From positions 1 to 62,841 of the IMG/VR virus record IMGVR_UViG_3300046167_000691: DNA of 62,841 nucleotides; one strand, 5' to 3'. Below, piece after piece: positions 17,191 through 30,185 of this stretch. The notes under the pieces are model-generated. The model did not search any database and had not been told where the DNA came from. It saw only the letters and a list, made by a program, of their open reading frames with translations. This stretch comes from a virus. Its lineage: Duplodnaviria > Caudoviricetes. Within the stretch, counting starts at the first letter, position 1. The number at the start of each line of letters is the position of its first letter. Position numbers and translations under genes: made by a program.

Positions 17191-19602
17191 ATGAATATAA
17201 GTACAAATACTAATAGCTCATTTCCAGATCAAGTTGTAAGTGACGCTGAGAAAGCTACGTTAAAATACGGACTTCAAGTTAGTAGAGCTATTGAACAAGA
17301 ATGGTTTAATTATGGAGGGAGTGGATCAAATCGTTATGCTACAAATTGGAATAGTTTTCATAACCTACGTTTATATGCGAGAGGAGAGCAAAGCGTTCAA
17401 AAATACAAAGACGAATTAGCTATTAATGGCGATTTGTCTTATCTTAATTTAGATTGGAAACCAGTGCCTATATTGTCTAAATTTTCTAATATAGTTGCTA
17501 ATGGCATAACTCAAAAACAGTATGATTTAACTTCGTATGCTCAAGATCCACAGTCACTAAAAAAACGAACAGATTTTGCACAAAATTTGCTTTTTGATAT
17601 GGTAACATTGCCTGAGCAAGAGCGCGCAAACAAAATATTAAGTGTAAATATAAAAAGAACTAATGTTCCGGTTATAGACTTACCTGAATCTATTGAGGAG
17701 CGAGATCTTTACATGCAGCTTACTTATAAGCAAGCCATAGAAATAGCTGAAGAGGAAGCAATTAATACTGTTTTAGCTACAAATGAATTTGATTTAACTA
17801 AGTCAAGAGTAAATCAAGATTTAGTTAATATAGGAATAGGTATTACAAAAACTTCTTTTAATCCCGCAGAGGGTGTCGTGGTTGACTACGTTGATCCGGC
17901 TTATTGTGTTTGGTCTTATACGGAAGACCCGCATTTTAATGATATATACTATGTAGGAGAAGTCAAATCTATAACTATTCCTGAACTTAAAAAAGAATTT
18001 CCAAATATTCTTAACGAAGAATTAGAGCATATACAGAAAATGCCAGGTAGCCGAAGTTTTATTAGAGGCCTTCAAAACTACGACTCTAATACTGTTCAGG
18101 TGTTATATTTTGAATATAAAACTTATACTGACCAAGTATTTAAAATAAAAAGAACAGATTCAGGTTTAGAAAAAGCTATTGAAAAAACCGATGAGTTTAA
18201 TCCTCCTCCAAATGATAACTTTGAAAGAGTATCAAGGTCTATAGAAGTTTTGTACGAAGGGGCAAAAATCATAGGAACCGATATAATGCTTAAGTGGGAG
18301 ATGTCAGAAAACATGACAAGACCTTTAGCTGATACAACTAGAGTTGAAATGAGTTATTCTTTGTGTGCTCCTAGAATGTATAAAGGAAAAATACAATCAT
18401 TAATAAGTAAATGTATAGGTTTTGCGGATGTTATACAGCTAACTCACTTAAAAATACAACAAGTCTTATCTAGAATGGTTCCCGATGGTATATTTTTAGA
18501 CATGGACGGATTAGCTGAGGTAGACCTAGGAAATGGAACAAACTACAATCCAGCAGAGGCATTAAACATGTATTTTCAAACCGGTTCGGTTGTAGGTAGA
18601 TCCCTTACTCAAGATGGGGACATGAACAGGGGTAAAGTCCCTATACAAGAGTTAAGTTCTTCTAATGGTATGAGTAAAATACAATCTCTTATTACAGCGT
18701 ATAATTATAATATGCAAATGATTAGAGACGTTACAGGATTAAATGAAGCCAGAGATGGATCTCTGCCTTCCGCAGATGCATTAGTTGGTTTGCAAAAAAT
18801 GGCAGCTAACGCTTCTAACGTAGCTACTAGACATATTCAAGAGGCTAGTTTATTTTTAGCTTTAAGTACTTGCGAAAACATTTCTTTAAAAATAGCTGAT
18901 GTATTAAATTTTCCTCTTACTAGAAATTCTTTAATGAATAGTATATCTACTTTTAATGTAGAAACATTAAATGAAATACAAAATTTAAACCTTCATGATT
19001 TTGGCATATACTTAGCAATGGAGCCTGATGATGAAGAAAAAGCCGAATTAGCTGCTAATATAAATGCTTCTTTACAACAAGGGAGTATTGATATAGAAGA
19101 CGCTATTGATATACGGGAAATAAAAAATATTAAGTTAGCTAATCAAATGCTAAAAATAAAGCGTAAGAAAAAAGAAGAGCAAGCTCAAGCCGTAACACAA
19201 CAAAACATACAGTCTCAAGCAGAAGCAAATGCTCAGGCTTCTGAAAAAGCCGCAATGGCAGAAGTGCAAAAACAACAAGCCCTTACCTCTGAAAAAGTTG
19301 CTATAGAACAAGCTAAGTCTCAATTCGAAATACAAAGGATGGAAAGAGAAGCTCAAATAAAGAAACAATTAATGGCAACAGAGTTTGAATACAGTATGCA
19401 ATTAGCTCAAGCTCAGTTAGGCGCTACTAAACAAAAAGAAGCAGAAATAGAAGATAGAAAAGACAAAAGGGTAAAAATACAGGGAACTCAGCAAAGCGAA
19501 TTGATACAGCAAAGACAAACACAAGGAATGCCTAAGAATTTTGAATCTCAAGGCAATGACGTTATGGGTGGGTTTGATCTGTCTTCGTTTGATCCTAACT
19601 AA
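17191..19602 (+). CDS. Portal protein
   Basis: 803 aa directly after terL; IRDVTGLNEARDG; coiled-coil barrel C-terminus. Confidence 0.85.
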   Translation: MNISTNTNSSFPDQVVSDAEKATLKYGLQVSRAIEQEWFNYGGSGSNRYATNWNSFHNLRLYARGEQSVQKYKDELAINGDLSYLNLDWKPVPILSKFSNIVANGITQKQYDLTSYAQDPQSLKKRTDFAQNLLFDMVTLPEQERANKILSVNIKRTNVPVIDLPESIEERDLYMQLTYKQAIEIAEEEAINTVLATNEFDLTKSRVNQDLVNIGIGITKTSFNPAEGVVVDYVDPAYCVWSYTEDPHFNDIYYVGEVKSITIPELKKEFPNILNEELEHIQKMPGSRSFIRGLQNYDSNTVQVLYFEYKTYTDQVFKIKRTDSGLEKAIEKTDEFNPPPNDNFERVSRSIEVLYEGAKIIGTDIMLKWEMSENMTRPLADTTRVEMSYSLCAPRMYKGKIQSLISKCIGFADVIQLTHLKIQQVLSRMVPDGIFLDMDGLAEVDLGNGTNYNPAEALNMYFQTGSVVGRSLTQDGDMNRGKVPIQELSSSNGMSKIQSLITAYNYNMQMIRDVTGLNEARDGSLPSADALVGLQKMAANASNVATRHIQEASLFLALSTCENISLKIADVLNFPLTRNSLMNSISTFNVETLNEIQNLNLHDFGIYLAMEPDDEEKAELAANINASLQQGSIDIEDAIDIREIKNIKLANQMLKIKRKKKEEQAQAVTQQNIQSQAEANAQASEKAAMAEVQKQQALTSEKVAIEQAKSQFEIQRMEREAQIKKQLMATEFEYSMQLAQAQLGATKQKEAEIEDRKDKRVKIQGTQQSELIQQRQTQGMPKNFESQGNDVMGGFDLSSFDPN

Positions 19603-19634
19603 GTAAGTATTTAATAATTATATAATATTATATC

Positions 19635-20777
19635 ATGAATGAACAAACAAAAACGGAAGGATCTTTTAAGATCCAATCCAAGCCAAAGCTAACCGACGAA
19701 CAATTAGCGGCTAAAAATAGGGAACCTTTAATAGATGTTCCTAGTAATGTAACTAGAGTAGTAATTCCTAAGGAAGAAAAAGATGCCGTTCAAAAGTCAA
19801 GCACAGATGGTGTGGATGAGAATAAACCAGCCGTAGATGTACAGGAAGTGGAGGAAGGAACACCCGAACCAGTCATTAAAGAAATTACCGAAGAAGAAAA
19901 AGTAGAAGTAAAAGCTGAAGAACCGGTAGTAGAATCTCAACCTATTCAAAATAATTTGCCAGAAAATATAAACAAACTGGTAGACTTTATGAAAGAAACA
20001 GGTGGGACTATGCAAGATTACATTAGGCTCAATACAAATTATGAAGATGTTGATAGAGATGTCTTAGTAAAAGAATATTATAAAAGTACTAAACCTCATT
20101 TGTCGCAAGAAGAAATTGATTTTATGATCGAGGACACTTTCGCATTTGATGAAGATATTGATGAAGAGCGAGACATCAAAAGAAAAAAACTCGCATATAA
20201 AGAAGAGGTTTCAAAAGCCCGAAAGTTTTTGCAAGATACTAAAGAAAAATATTATGATGACATCAAGTTGAAGTCACCTAATCTTTCGGATGATCAGCAG
20301 AAAGCATCGGATTTTTTTAATCGATATAAGGAGGATCAGGAAAGAAACTCCCAAAATCATGAGAAGTTTAAAACTCAAACTGAACAATTATTTAATAAAG
20401 ATTTCGAAGGTTTCGATTTCGATTTAGGAGAAAAAAAGTTTAGATATGGAGTTCAAAATGCTGCTCAAGTGGGGGAAAAACAATCGGACATTGGTAATTT
20501 CATAGGGAAGTTCCTTGGGGAAGATGGTACGATTAAAGATACTAAAGGGTATCACAAGGCTTTATACGCAGGAGCGAATGCTGATAAAATAGCAAATCAC
20601 TTCTACGAACAAGGCAAAGCAGATGCTATTAGAGATGTTGTAAACAAATCTAATAATACATCTACGGAAGCTAGAAAAGCGGCACCTGTTGAAAGTGCTC
20701 GTTTTGGTGCCTATAAGGTTAAATCAATTTCTGGAGCGGACTCCGCAAAACTAAAAATTAAAAAGTTTAAAAACTAA
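19635..20777 (+). CDS. Scaffolding protein
   Basis: Acidic/coiled-coil, between portal and MCP; HFYEQGKADA. Confidence 0.7.
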   Translation: MNEQTKTEGSFKIQSKPKLTDEQLAAKNREPLIDVPSNVTRVVIPKEEKDAVQKSSTDGVDENKPAVDVQEVEEGTPEPVIKEITEEEKVEVKAEEPVVESQPIQNNLPENINKLVDFMKETGGTMQDYIRLNTNYEDVDRDVLVKEYYKSTKPHLSQEEIDFMIEDTFAFDEDIDEERDIKRKKLAYKEEVSKARKFLQDTKEKYYDDIKLKSPNLSDDQQKASDFFNRYKEDQERNSQNHEKFKTQTEQLFNKDFEGFDFDLGEKKFRYGVQNAAQVGEKQSDIGNFIGKFLGEDGTIKDTKGYHKALYAGANADKIANHFYEQGKADAIRDVVNKSNNTSTEARKAAPVESARFGAYKVKSISGADSAKLKIKKFKN

Positions 20778-20782
20778 TAGAA

Positions 20783-22252
20783 ATGAGTTTATTACCACAA
20801 TTTGGGGCAATAGTCCCTTCGCAAACACAATCAGTACTTGCGACAAATTATTTACAATGGAATAACAACGGCGGTGGCGGTGGAATCCCAGGAAACTTTG
20901 CTGACTTTGCTCAGCAGTATTTACCAGAAATCTACGAATCAGAAGTAGAGCGTTATGGAAACAGAACGTTATCTGGATTTTTAAGAATGGTTGGCGCTGA
21001 AATGCCAATGACATCTGATCAAGTTATTTGGTCTGAACAAAATCGTTTACATATATCCTACGCTAATGTAGCTGGTACAGGTGGAGGAGCTGGAACAGGC
21101 TTGTTAATACCAGTTGCTGCAGGAATTGTAAATGTAATATCTATTAATGATACTATTGTTATTCTTGACCCTGCAACGGGAACAGAAGCAAAAGGTATTG
21201 TTACAGCTTCAGGTGCTGCTGCAGGAACCGGGGCTTTAACAGTTCAGCTTTATAGCGGATTAACCATAGGGGCAACTTTTGGAGCAAATGCACCAGGCCT
21301 TAAGATATTTGTTTATGGATCTGATTATTCTAAAGGAACTACAATCGGAGCTGGTGCTGGAAACTCGGCAGCTAGAGTAAGCGTAGAACCTGTATTAACG
21401 CAATTTTCTAATTCTCCAATCATTATTAGAGATCAGTATGTTGTATCTGGATCAGATACTGCACAGATTGGATGGGTGAATGTAGCAACTGAAGATGGAA
21501 CTGACGGATACCTTTGGTATTTGAAAGCTGCTTCAGAAACTCGCTTGCGTTTTGAAGATTACTTAGAAATGGCAATGGTAGAAGGTGAATTAAACCAAAA
21601 TGCAGGAGCGGGAGCAAATCAAAATTTACTTCAGCCAGGAACACAAGGTTTATTTGCTGCTATTCAAGCTCGAGGAAACGTAGAAACTGGATTTACTGCA
21701 GCTCAAGGATTAACTGAGTTTGACGCAATTCTTAAAAACCTTGATACTCAAGGGGCAATTGAAGAAAACATGTTATTCTTAAACCGTCAAACTGCTTTAG
21801 ACTTTGATGATATGCTAGCAAGCATTTCTTCAGGAGTTTCAGGTGGGGTTGCTTTTGGATTATTTGAAAATTCAGAAGACATGGCGCTTAACTTAGGATT
21901 CAGTGGATTCCGTAGAGGATCTTATGACTTTTACAAAACAGATTGGAAATACTTAAATGATGCGTCTACTCGTGGAGCAATCAATGGTGTTAATTCAATC
22001 GAAGGTGTATTAGTACCTGCTGGAACTTCAACTGTTTATGATCAAGTTTTAGGAACTAACATTCGTCGTCCATTCTTGCACGTACGATACAGAGCTTCTC
22101 AAACTGATGATCGTAGAATGAAGTCTTGGTTGACTGGATCAGTAGGTGGAGGAACAGGATCTACTCTTGATGCAATGGAAATTAACTTCTTATCAGAAAG
22201 ATGTTTAATTACTCAAGGAGCTAATAACTTCGTGTTATTTAGAGGAATCTAA
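20783..22252 (+). CDS. Major capsid protein
   Basis: Position, size and HK97-type features; followed by a strong terminator. Confidence 0.85.
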   Translation: MSLLPQFGAIVPSQTQSVLATNYLQWNNNGGGGGIPGNFADFAQQYLPEIYESEVERYGNRTLSGFLRMVGAEMPMTSDQVIWSEQNRLHISYANVAGTGGGAGTGLLIPVAAGIVNVISINDTIVILDPATGTEAKGIVTASGAAAGTGALTVQLYSGLTIGATFGANAPGLKIFVYGSDYSKGTTIGAGAGNSAARVSVEPVLTQFSNSPIIIRDQYVVSGSDTAQIGWVNVATEDGTDGYLWYLKAASETRLRFEDYLEMAMVEGELNQNAGAGANQNLLQPGTQGLFAAIQARGNVETGFTAAQGLTEFDAILKNLDTQGAIEENMLFLNRQTALDFDDMLASISSGVSGGVAFGLFENSEDMALNLGFSGFRRGSYDFYKTDWKYLNDASTRGAINGVNSIEGVLVPAGTSTVYDQVLGTNIRRPFLHVRYRASQTDDRRMKSWLTGSVGGGTGSTLDAMEINFLSERCLITQGANNFVLFRGI

Positions 22253-22265
22253 TAATTCCAATATT

Positions 22266-22300
22266 AAAAGAGGGGGCTTCCGGGTCCTCTCTTTATTTTT
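22266..22300 (+). terminator. Intrinsic terminator after MCP
   Basis: AAAGAGGGGGC-TTCCG-GGTCCTCTCTTT followed by T-run. Confidence 0.75.
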
Positions 22301-22322
22301 AATTATTTAATTATATTATATT

Positions 22323-23177
22323 ATGGCAAATAAAAAACCTGTAGCTAAAAAAGCTACACAAGAACAACAAATTATAGAAACAGCTCCAAAAGTAGCTGTA
22401 GAAAAACCAGTTATAGAAACACCAAAAAAATCAACAAAACCTAAATGGGAAATTAAAGACAGGTTGTATTACCTAGTAGGTAGACATACTCCTCTTACAT
22501 TAACTATTCCGTGCAAGCATACTAGAAAGCATTCATTGTTGTATTTTGACGAAGAAACTGGGATTCAAAAAGAAATTAGATATGCTACTAATCATGATTC
22601 TCCTTTTAAAAGTGAACAAGAGGGGGAAGCTACACTAGGGCATATTATGTTTAGAGATGGAGACTTGCGAGTTCCCAAAGCTCAACAAAATTTACAAAAG
22701 CTTCTTTCTTTATATCATCCGCTAAAAGGCAGAATTTACGAAGAGTATGATCCCGTTGAAGAAGCTTACGATGATCTAGAATTACTTGACCTGCAGACTG
22801 ACGCAGCAGTATTTGCTAGAGATATGGATGTTGACGATGCTGAAGCTATACTAAGGGTTGAAATAGGAAGTGAAGTTAATAAATTGTCTTCAAAAGAAAT
22901 AAAAAGAGATTTAAGATTGTTTGCAAGTAATAATCCTGAATTATTTTTAGAATTAGCTCAAGACGAAAATGTAGGCCTTAGAAATGTAGCAATAAAAGCT
23001 ACGGAAGCGGGCATAATTTCATTGTCTCAGGATCAACGAACTTTTTCTTGGGCATCTAATAACAGAAAACTAATGTCTGTACCTTTTGATGAAAACCCAT
23101 ATTCTGCTATGGCAGCATTTTTCAAAACTGACGAAGGCGTTGAAGTATATAGATCTATAGAAAAGAAATTTAATTAG
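22323..23177 (+). CDS. Putative virion-associated protein
   Basis: 284 aa directly after MCP. Confidence 0.65.
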   Translation: MANKKPVAKKATQEQQIIETAPKVAVEKPVIETPKKSTKPKWEIKDRLYYLVGRHTPLTLTIPCKHTRKHSLLYFDEETGIQKEIRYATNHDSPFKSEQEGEATLGHIMFRDGDLRVPKAQQNLQKLLSLYHPLKGRIYEEYDPVEEAYDDLELLDLQTDAAVFARDMDVDDAEAILRVEIGSEVNKLSSKEIKRDLRLFASNNPELFLELAQDENVGLRNVAIKATEAGIISLSQDQRTFSWASNNRKLMSVPFDENPYSAMAAFFKTDEGVEVYRSIEKKFN

Positions 23178-23205
23178 TAGTTTTTTAAAAAAACACGTAA
23201 TTATA
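23177..23205 (+). promoter_or_regulatory. Middle/late-class promoter upstream of the tail genes
   Basis: GTAGTTTT-N9-CACGTAATTATA; same 21-nt spacing. Confidence 0.7.
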
Positions 23206-23277
23206 TTATAGATGGTGAATTATTATTAGCCGGTTTCTTAAGTGAGACCGGTTAATATTTATAACAAAAGAAATAAA

Positions 23278-24198
23278 ATGGCAGTAAACGTAGACATAGT
23301 TTATAAAACGGTGTTACTTATTCTTAATAAAGAACAGAGAGGTAACTTATCACCAGACGAATTTAACAAAGTTGCAACGCAAGTTCAGTTAGAAATATTT
23401 GAAAGTTATTTCGACACTGTAAATCAGCAGCTTAGAAGGCCAGATAATGACACTGAATATGGTGATCGAATTAAAAATGTAGACCAAGATATTTCTATTT
23501 TTAAAGAATATGGAACAGCAACTTATGTTGCGCCAGATAAATGTTTTTACATTGCCTACTACATCAGGAGCCAGTGTAGCTACACAAAATTTTACAGGAA
23601 ACGGCACAGCTATATCATTCCCTTTTACATCAATAACATCTTCTCAATTAGCAAGTAGTGTAATATCTGTCACTATTAATGGTGCTATTACAACTGCTTT
23701 TACCATTAGTGGGGCTAATATAATATTCAACACTGTACCTGCAAATAATGCAGCTATAGTTGTTACGGCGACCCCAGAGGACTTTTATAGACTTGGTACA
23801 GTAATATATAAAGATACCACAGAAGCTCAACTAGTGCAGCGAAACGAGCTTTTATATATAAACACCACTCCTTTAGTTGCCCTTACTACCACATACCCTA
23901 TATATTTATATGAAAAACCATAAATTATATTTATATCCACAAACTATTACATCGGATATAACGGTAAGCTATTTAAGAAAACCTTTAGACGTTATTTGGA
24001 ATTTTACAATTCCATCGGGACAAAACTATTACCAATGGGATCCAACTAATTCTGTTGATTTTTGAATTATCAAAAACAGAACAAACCAATATTATATTAA
24101 AAATATTACTTTACTCGGGAATAGTAATAAGGGATCCGTCAGTAGTTCAAATAGCCGCACAGCAAGTTCAACAAGAAGTACAACGCTCAACATTATAA
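23278..24198 (+). CDS. Head-tail adaptor/ring protein (frameshifted in this sequence)
   Basis: MAVNVDIVYKTVLLILNKEQRG... continues across frames to ...QRSTL*. Confidence 0.65.
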
Positions 24199-24201
24199 GA
24201 T

Positions 24202-25493
24202 ATGCCTATACCTAATGGCGGTTTAATAACCGAAACTAACGAACAATATTACGCAGGAGCTCAGCGATTCTTATCTGCTGGAGGGGTAACAATAACTACT
24301 ACTTTTAATACAGATTTAGTTTTTTCTACTTCAAATACAGCATTGCCTGAATATGCTTTAAATAATTTTCAAATATACACTAGTGCTAATAATAACCCAG
24401 GGTCTTATACTGAGTATACTGGAACATACACAGTTGCTAATAATAAAATAACATTCGCAGCGGCTCCTGCGGCTGGGGGTTTTATATAGCCGTACAATTA
24501 AAAGCTTTGGACGGTGGTAGTTTTGGCACTGAACAAGCTATAGGAACAACCGTACAAGAAAATTACGGAAGCTACGGATATACTTCTTTAAACGATATTA
24601 TAAACGGATTTATAGCTACTTATGTAGGAGAGCATAAATTAATACCTAGACGTAAAAAGAACTGACGTAATATTTCATGCTAAAACGTGGTTTGCAGGAA
24701 TTTAGCTATGACACACTTAGAAAGCGTTAGAGTCACAAGAGCTTACTGTAAACTATTCCGGCTAGCTTAAGCGTTATTATACCTCAAGATTATGTTAATT
24801 ATGTTAGACATGTCTTATGGACTAGATTCGTTTAGGCGTTCAACATCCTATATTTCCTGCTAATACATTTAACTACTGTCTCCCTACGCAGTTCACCTGC
24901 TTCAAGATAAGCGTTGGTACGACCCTACTCAAGACTAGTTTTGGGGACTCTAAATTTAGAGGGCTAGCTACTATCACAAGTTGAAGCAGCGTTGGGCATC
25001 TAATGACGCCAAGGAGAATTTCAGGAGCATTTACCGCACAAGATGTAGTCCCCGCAGACTACTTTGCTTAACGCAGGTTGGCTTTCAGGAATTACCCTTT
25101 AATGGGCAGAACGGTATGGTCTTAACCCTGACAACTATGCTCAGCGCAACGGTTGGTTTACATATGAACGACAGAGATGGTAACAATAGCTTTTTCGTAT
25201 CGAATTTAAAAGGTACGCTTGTAGTTATACTTGAGTATATATCAGATGGCTTATGCTTATGATCTTAGATGCGAGGATACCTAAGTTGGACAGAAGACGC
25301 TTTATACTGCGCATATTATTACATTCTATATTAGCTGTCTAGCGCTAATCAGTACCTGAATACATTGTACAAAGATTTAAAAAGAGACAGAAGTCAGCTA
25401 AACTAAGAAATGCTAAGATTAGATTATCTAATATTAAACTTGAGCAAATTGTTCAAGTTATGCGACGGCAAATCTAAATGGCTTAAATCTTAA
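24202..25493 (+). CDS. Tail tubular/structural protein (many frameshifts)
   Basis: MPIPNGGLITETNEQYY...LEYISDGL...AKLRNAKIRLSNIKLEQIVQVM; fragments in several frames. Confidence 0.55.
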
Positions 25494-25497
25494 TTAC

Positions 25498-28400
25498 ATG
25501 GCTCGACAAATAAAGAACAGCATTTCTAAGGTCTAAGATGAATAAAGATCTTGACGACCGATTGATTGCCTAACGGTGAGTATAGAGATGCAATCGGAAT
25601 ATATCTGTTGGTAGATCCGAAGATGACGATGTTGGCGCGTTAGAAAACATACTAGGCAACGACTTTAGTTGGCAGGAACAAATATTGGAACTGGTCTTAC
25701 TATAATAGGTATAAAAAAACAGCAACTCTACGGATCAAATATTTTGTTTTTCTAACAGATTATACTGATCCAAATCCTAGTAGCCCTACAGATGCTCCAT
25801 CTACATCTAAACACTACATTTATGTTTATAACAATGTTTCAGAAGATTACACCCTTTTAGTCCAAGGAGAATTTTAAATTTTTCTACAACAAATAGAATA
25901 ATAGGTATTAATTTAATTGAAAATTTATTATTTTGGACAGATAATAGAAACCAGCCCCGAAAAATAAAATTTTGCTTTATTTTCAGGCACTACATCAGAT
26001 GGTCGAACAGAAGAATATTACACTCAAGAACACCAAATTTCTGTAGCAAAATATAGCCCTTATCAGGCCATACAATTATATAATAGAATTGATGTAGAAA
26101 CTTCTGCCTCAGTTGCTTCTACGACTGGATATTTTACATTGGATGGAAACCAAGTTGCGGCTCTAACTCCTTTTATAGGCGCAACTGTTGTTTCAGCGGA
26201 GCAATCTACCGCTATAACAGGTTTGGATCATATAAAAGTAACAGGAGTTGTTTCAGTGGGCGCTGTTACTAGGGTTCTGTTTCTCCTTCCTTTTCTCCTC
26301 TCCGGCTGCAAGTACTTATTTATCTTTAATTATGTCAACAATGACTAATAAAACAAATGATTCTACCTGGCCTGGTGATCCAGACTATTTAGAAGATAAA
26401 TTTGTTAGATTTAGCTATAGGTTTAAGTATGACGATAATGAGTATTCTTTAATGGCCCCTTTTACTCAAATAGCGTATATACCTAAACAGTACGGTTATT
26501 TTTTAAACGGAGATGAAGACCGCGGCATATCAATCTACGGTTGTAAGATTTATGGAAAACTTAGTACAGAATATAGGTTTAGTTATTCCATTACCTACAA
26601 ACGCTAATAGAATAATACGTGATTACAAAAATAAGTGAATTAGAAATATTATTTAGAGGAGAGCGATGCTGTTGGCGGTTAAAGTTTTAGAAAGTATAAC
26701 TGCTGGTAAAATATCAGGAGCTAGCGGCAACAATAATTATTATACATACGATTATCAATCACGTAAGCCTTATAAAGCTTTGCCAGAAGCGCAAACTGTT
26801 AGGAGTGTACGATAAAGTTCCTGTAAGAGCTTTTGCTCAAGAAACTTCAGGAAACAGAATAATTTACGGCAATTATAGAGATCAGCACACTCCGCCTGCA
26901 AATATAAATTATAACTGTAGAATATCCCAAAAAAGTAGTACAGGCAAATATAATAACTGGATTGAATACCCTAACCATTCGGTTAAAAGAAATAGAAATT
27001 ATCAAGTAGGATTTGTTTTAGCAGATAAATTTGGTAGGCAGTCCCGCGGTTATTTTATCTTCTGTAGATAATGGAATAACTAGTGGGGGGGCCAGTTTTA
27101 TTTTGGATCAACAATATATAGCCCTTACGATATAGCTGCTACAGATTACAAAGTGTTAAAAATTGGTTCGGTGATGCTATAAATGGTTTTAGTAAATTCA
27201 GAAATAACTTCAACAAGAAACTTAGCGGAAGGTACTCCTGGATTATATGCTGTTAAAACAAAAAGCAGGGACTGGCACAGGAGATGGATTTGCTATTAAT
27301 GGTAACGCAACAATTGTTGTCGATTCTACATATACATTTTCTTTAAACAGTACTCCTTTCCCTAAACAATAATCATATTCCTAATATAGGCGATTATATG
27401 AGGGGGGCTTATGAGGATTTTGTTAAAGTAACGAATAGAACTGGTCCATCAGGAGGTGGGCAAACTTACACAATATTACTACGACAGGTAGAGTAAATGA
27501 TGTTTATCTTAGAGCCGATAACTTAACTTCAGGAACCCCCTGATTTAAAATTTGCTTATACTATAAATGATTTAGGTTGGTATAGTTATAAGATAGTAGT
27601 AAAACAAACACAACAAGAATATTACAATGTATATTTGCCCCGGAATACTTAATGGCTATCCTGGCCAAAGCGGGGCTACTAATATGCCAACTAACCCAAA
27701 TGTTGCGGGAGGAATTGATAATGGGTTGTTTCCTACAGATGAAACAAATCTTACTGCTTTTGCAGTATTATTTTAATGATAACATTAATAAAATACCTAG
27801 AGATTTAGCGGATGTAGGGCCTGATCAAAAACAATATAGAAGCTCTGTTACATTGTATGGTAGAGTAACAAATATAATGACGGTTGCAAGCGGAGCGAAT
27901 TCTTCAATACCTTACAACAGCCAATATTATGCTAGAATTAATTCTGAGGGTAAAACTGCAATATCTCATACATCGACTGCTATAGCTAGAGCTAAAGAGG
28001 TAAATATGGGGTACTCCGATTTATCTAATGGTTATTCTATGGCTCCACCTGCTGCTATAAATACAGGCCCAGGAATTGGAAACAAAGCCTTTTATCAAAT
28101 AGATACAAATCCGTTAATATCAAGAATTTCCACAGTTGATAAACCTATAGGAGCAACGTCTTTAAACATAGCAGCCAACGGTTCACTTAATTTACCGGCG
28201 GGAGCCGAAAACATGGAACCATATTTAGCGGTTTATGAAACAGAACCAGTGGAGTCATTGCTAGATATATATTGGGAAACAGCTAGTGAGGGTTTAATTG
28301 TAGACTTAAACGCGGATGTTCTTTCCGGATCGGGGGGAGCTACTTCATTTAAAGATGTAACTTGGGTTTTTGATGAAACTACTGCTGCTGGAACTTTTGT

Positions 28401-30183
28401 AACTACATCGTTTTTTGAACCAGTTAATGTGGAAGGAGATGTTTATTCAACGCCTACAACGGCTGAATTAATTTCACAAACAAACGGCAACGGTTGATAG
28501 CGTAGAGTTATTTGAATTGTTTTCAGGGACAGGTTCCAATGCAGGAGAATACAAAATAAGGTATATAGGAGATAATCCAATGGTATTCGGTTCTGACAGT
28601 CGTACATTAGATGTTTATTCGTTTATTATACGAGTCACTACAAGTGACGGTGATGTTAGCGATTCTGACTCTAGCTGGTCAAATAGAAGGTTTTGGTGCT
28701 TTAAAAAATATAGCTCCTACATACACACGAATATCTAACTTTCCCACTACAAAAGATACAAGGATAATTCTTCCTGCTTTAGGTGCTACTGGAAAGATGG
28801 GCAACAGCAAATCCTAAAAAATGGTAGTGGCTACACGGCACAAAATAGATCTCAACTTGAGTATACTATTACCGGAGGCACATACCCAGATAATTGGGAA
28901 ATGGATAAATATAATGGTGAAATTACACAAGCGATTGCAGGTGATGGTAATTTTGAAGGTAATCCAAATGGAACATATACTGTAGACATTACTGTAACAG
29001 ATGCGAATGGCGTTACGTTCCCGTCAACGGGGGTCTAATGATTATAAACAACGTAGTGTAACACGTACTACATCTATAACTATAGGCTATGCAGAGCTTA
29101 ATACAGAATTAAAAAATTCTAACTGTATATTTGATCCCGCCGCAAATACAGCTGGTACAATAAAAAACTACTACTAATGGATCTGGCGGCAAAGTTTCCG
29201 GGATATGGTACATAGCCAATAGTGTGTTAAACACTAGTGATTTTACTGGTATAGGTTCAGGAATAACAAGTATTAATAGATTAGGAACAGGGCCTCACAA
29301 ACAAGGAACAGTAGCCCTTAGTTCTAATTTTAAGCAACTTGCTGATTCAAGTTCTAGTTCTAGCTTTAATTCTGGTTTCAACTAAATATTACTATAGAGT
29401 TCAAGGAAATTCTACCTGGAACCCTGTTTTAAGATTGCAAGAATATAAATCAAGCGGGGTTCACCAATAACATAGGAGCAAGTCAAATAGATACTACCTA
29501 TATGGAACACACCTAATTATGGACTTACTCTTAACATAGCAGGTAACACCGCCTCTAATAATAAATGGTTATCTGACGTTAGAGCTATTAATTATTTAGC
29601 TTTTGCTAATGAGTCTAACGGGCAACCTATAGAATACGCTATTATTATAAAAGATTTAGAAAAAAATCAAGCGGAACTAACGGGCAGAATGCTGTGGTAG
29701 GGTGGGGTACAGTTAGACGATTTACATAATCCAGCTTGTGTACCCTGGCAAGGGCAAAACCGGAGGTAATCAAAGTTCTTATAAATACTTTAGATCTGCG
29801 GAATCAAGCAACACATTGACTACAGATACTATATCTACTAGCAATGGTTTTATATGCTGAGACTCCTTATGGTGAGTATGTGGGTCAGTTTTTTACTGAT
29901 TCAAGTTTATCAACTGTATACAAACCTGCTTCTGATTCTGCAGAATATATAAACTTTAGGCTTGACAGAAGTAATACGCCTAACATAGGAGCGCTAGCTT
30001 GGTCTAATCTTTCTGCTAATGTCGGGTTTTTATCTTTTGCAGCAGGATTTAGTAGCTTAGATGGTTAAAATAATAATAAATTTAACTGATCCAGGAGTTA
30101 ATGCCTCTTGTACTGCTTCTATATTAACCGGAGGAAACCCCGTAAATTATGCAGGTACATCTCGAATAAAAACAGATAATTAG
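25498..30183 (+). CDS. Large tail stabilization/nozzle protein (many frameshifts)
   Basis: FLRSKMNKDLDDR, FWTDNRNQPRK, KFVRFSYRFKYDDNEYS, YQVGFVLADKFGRQS, ESLLDIYWET fragments. Confidence 0.6.
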
Positions 30184-30185
30184 CA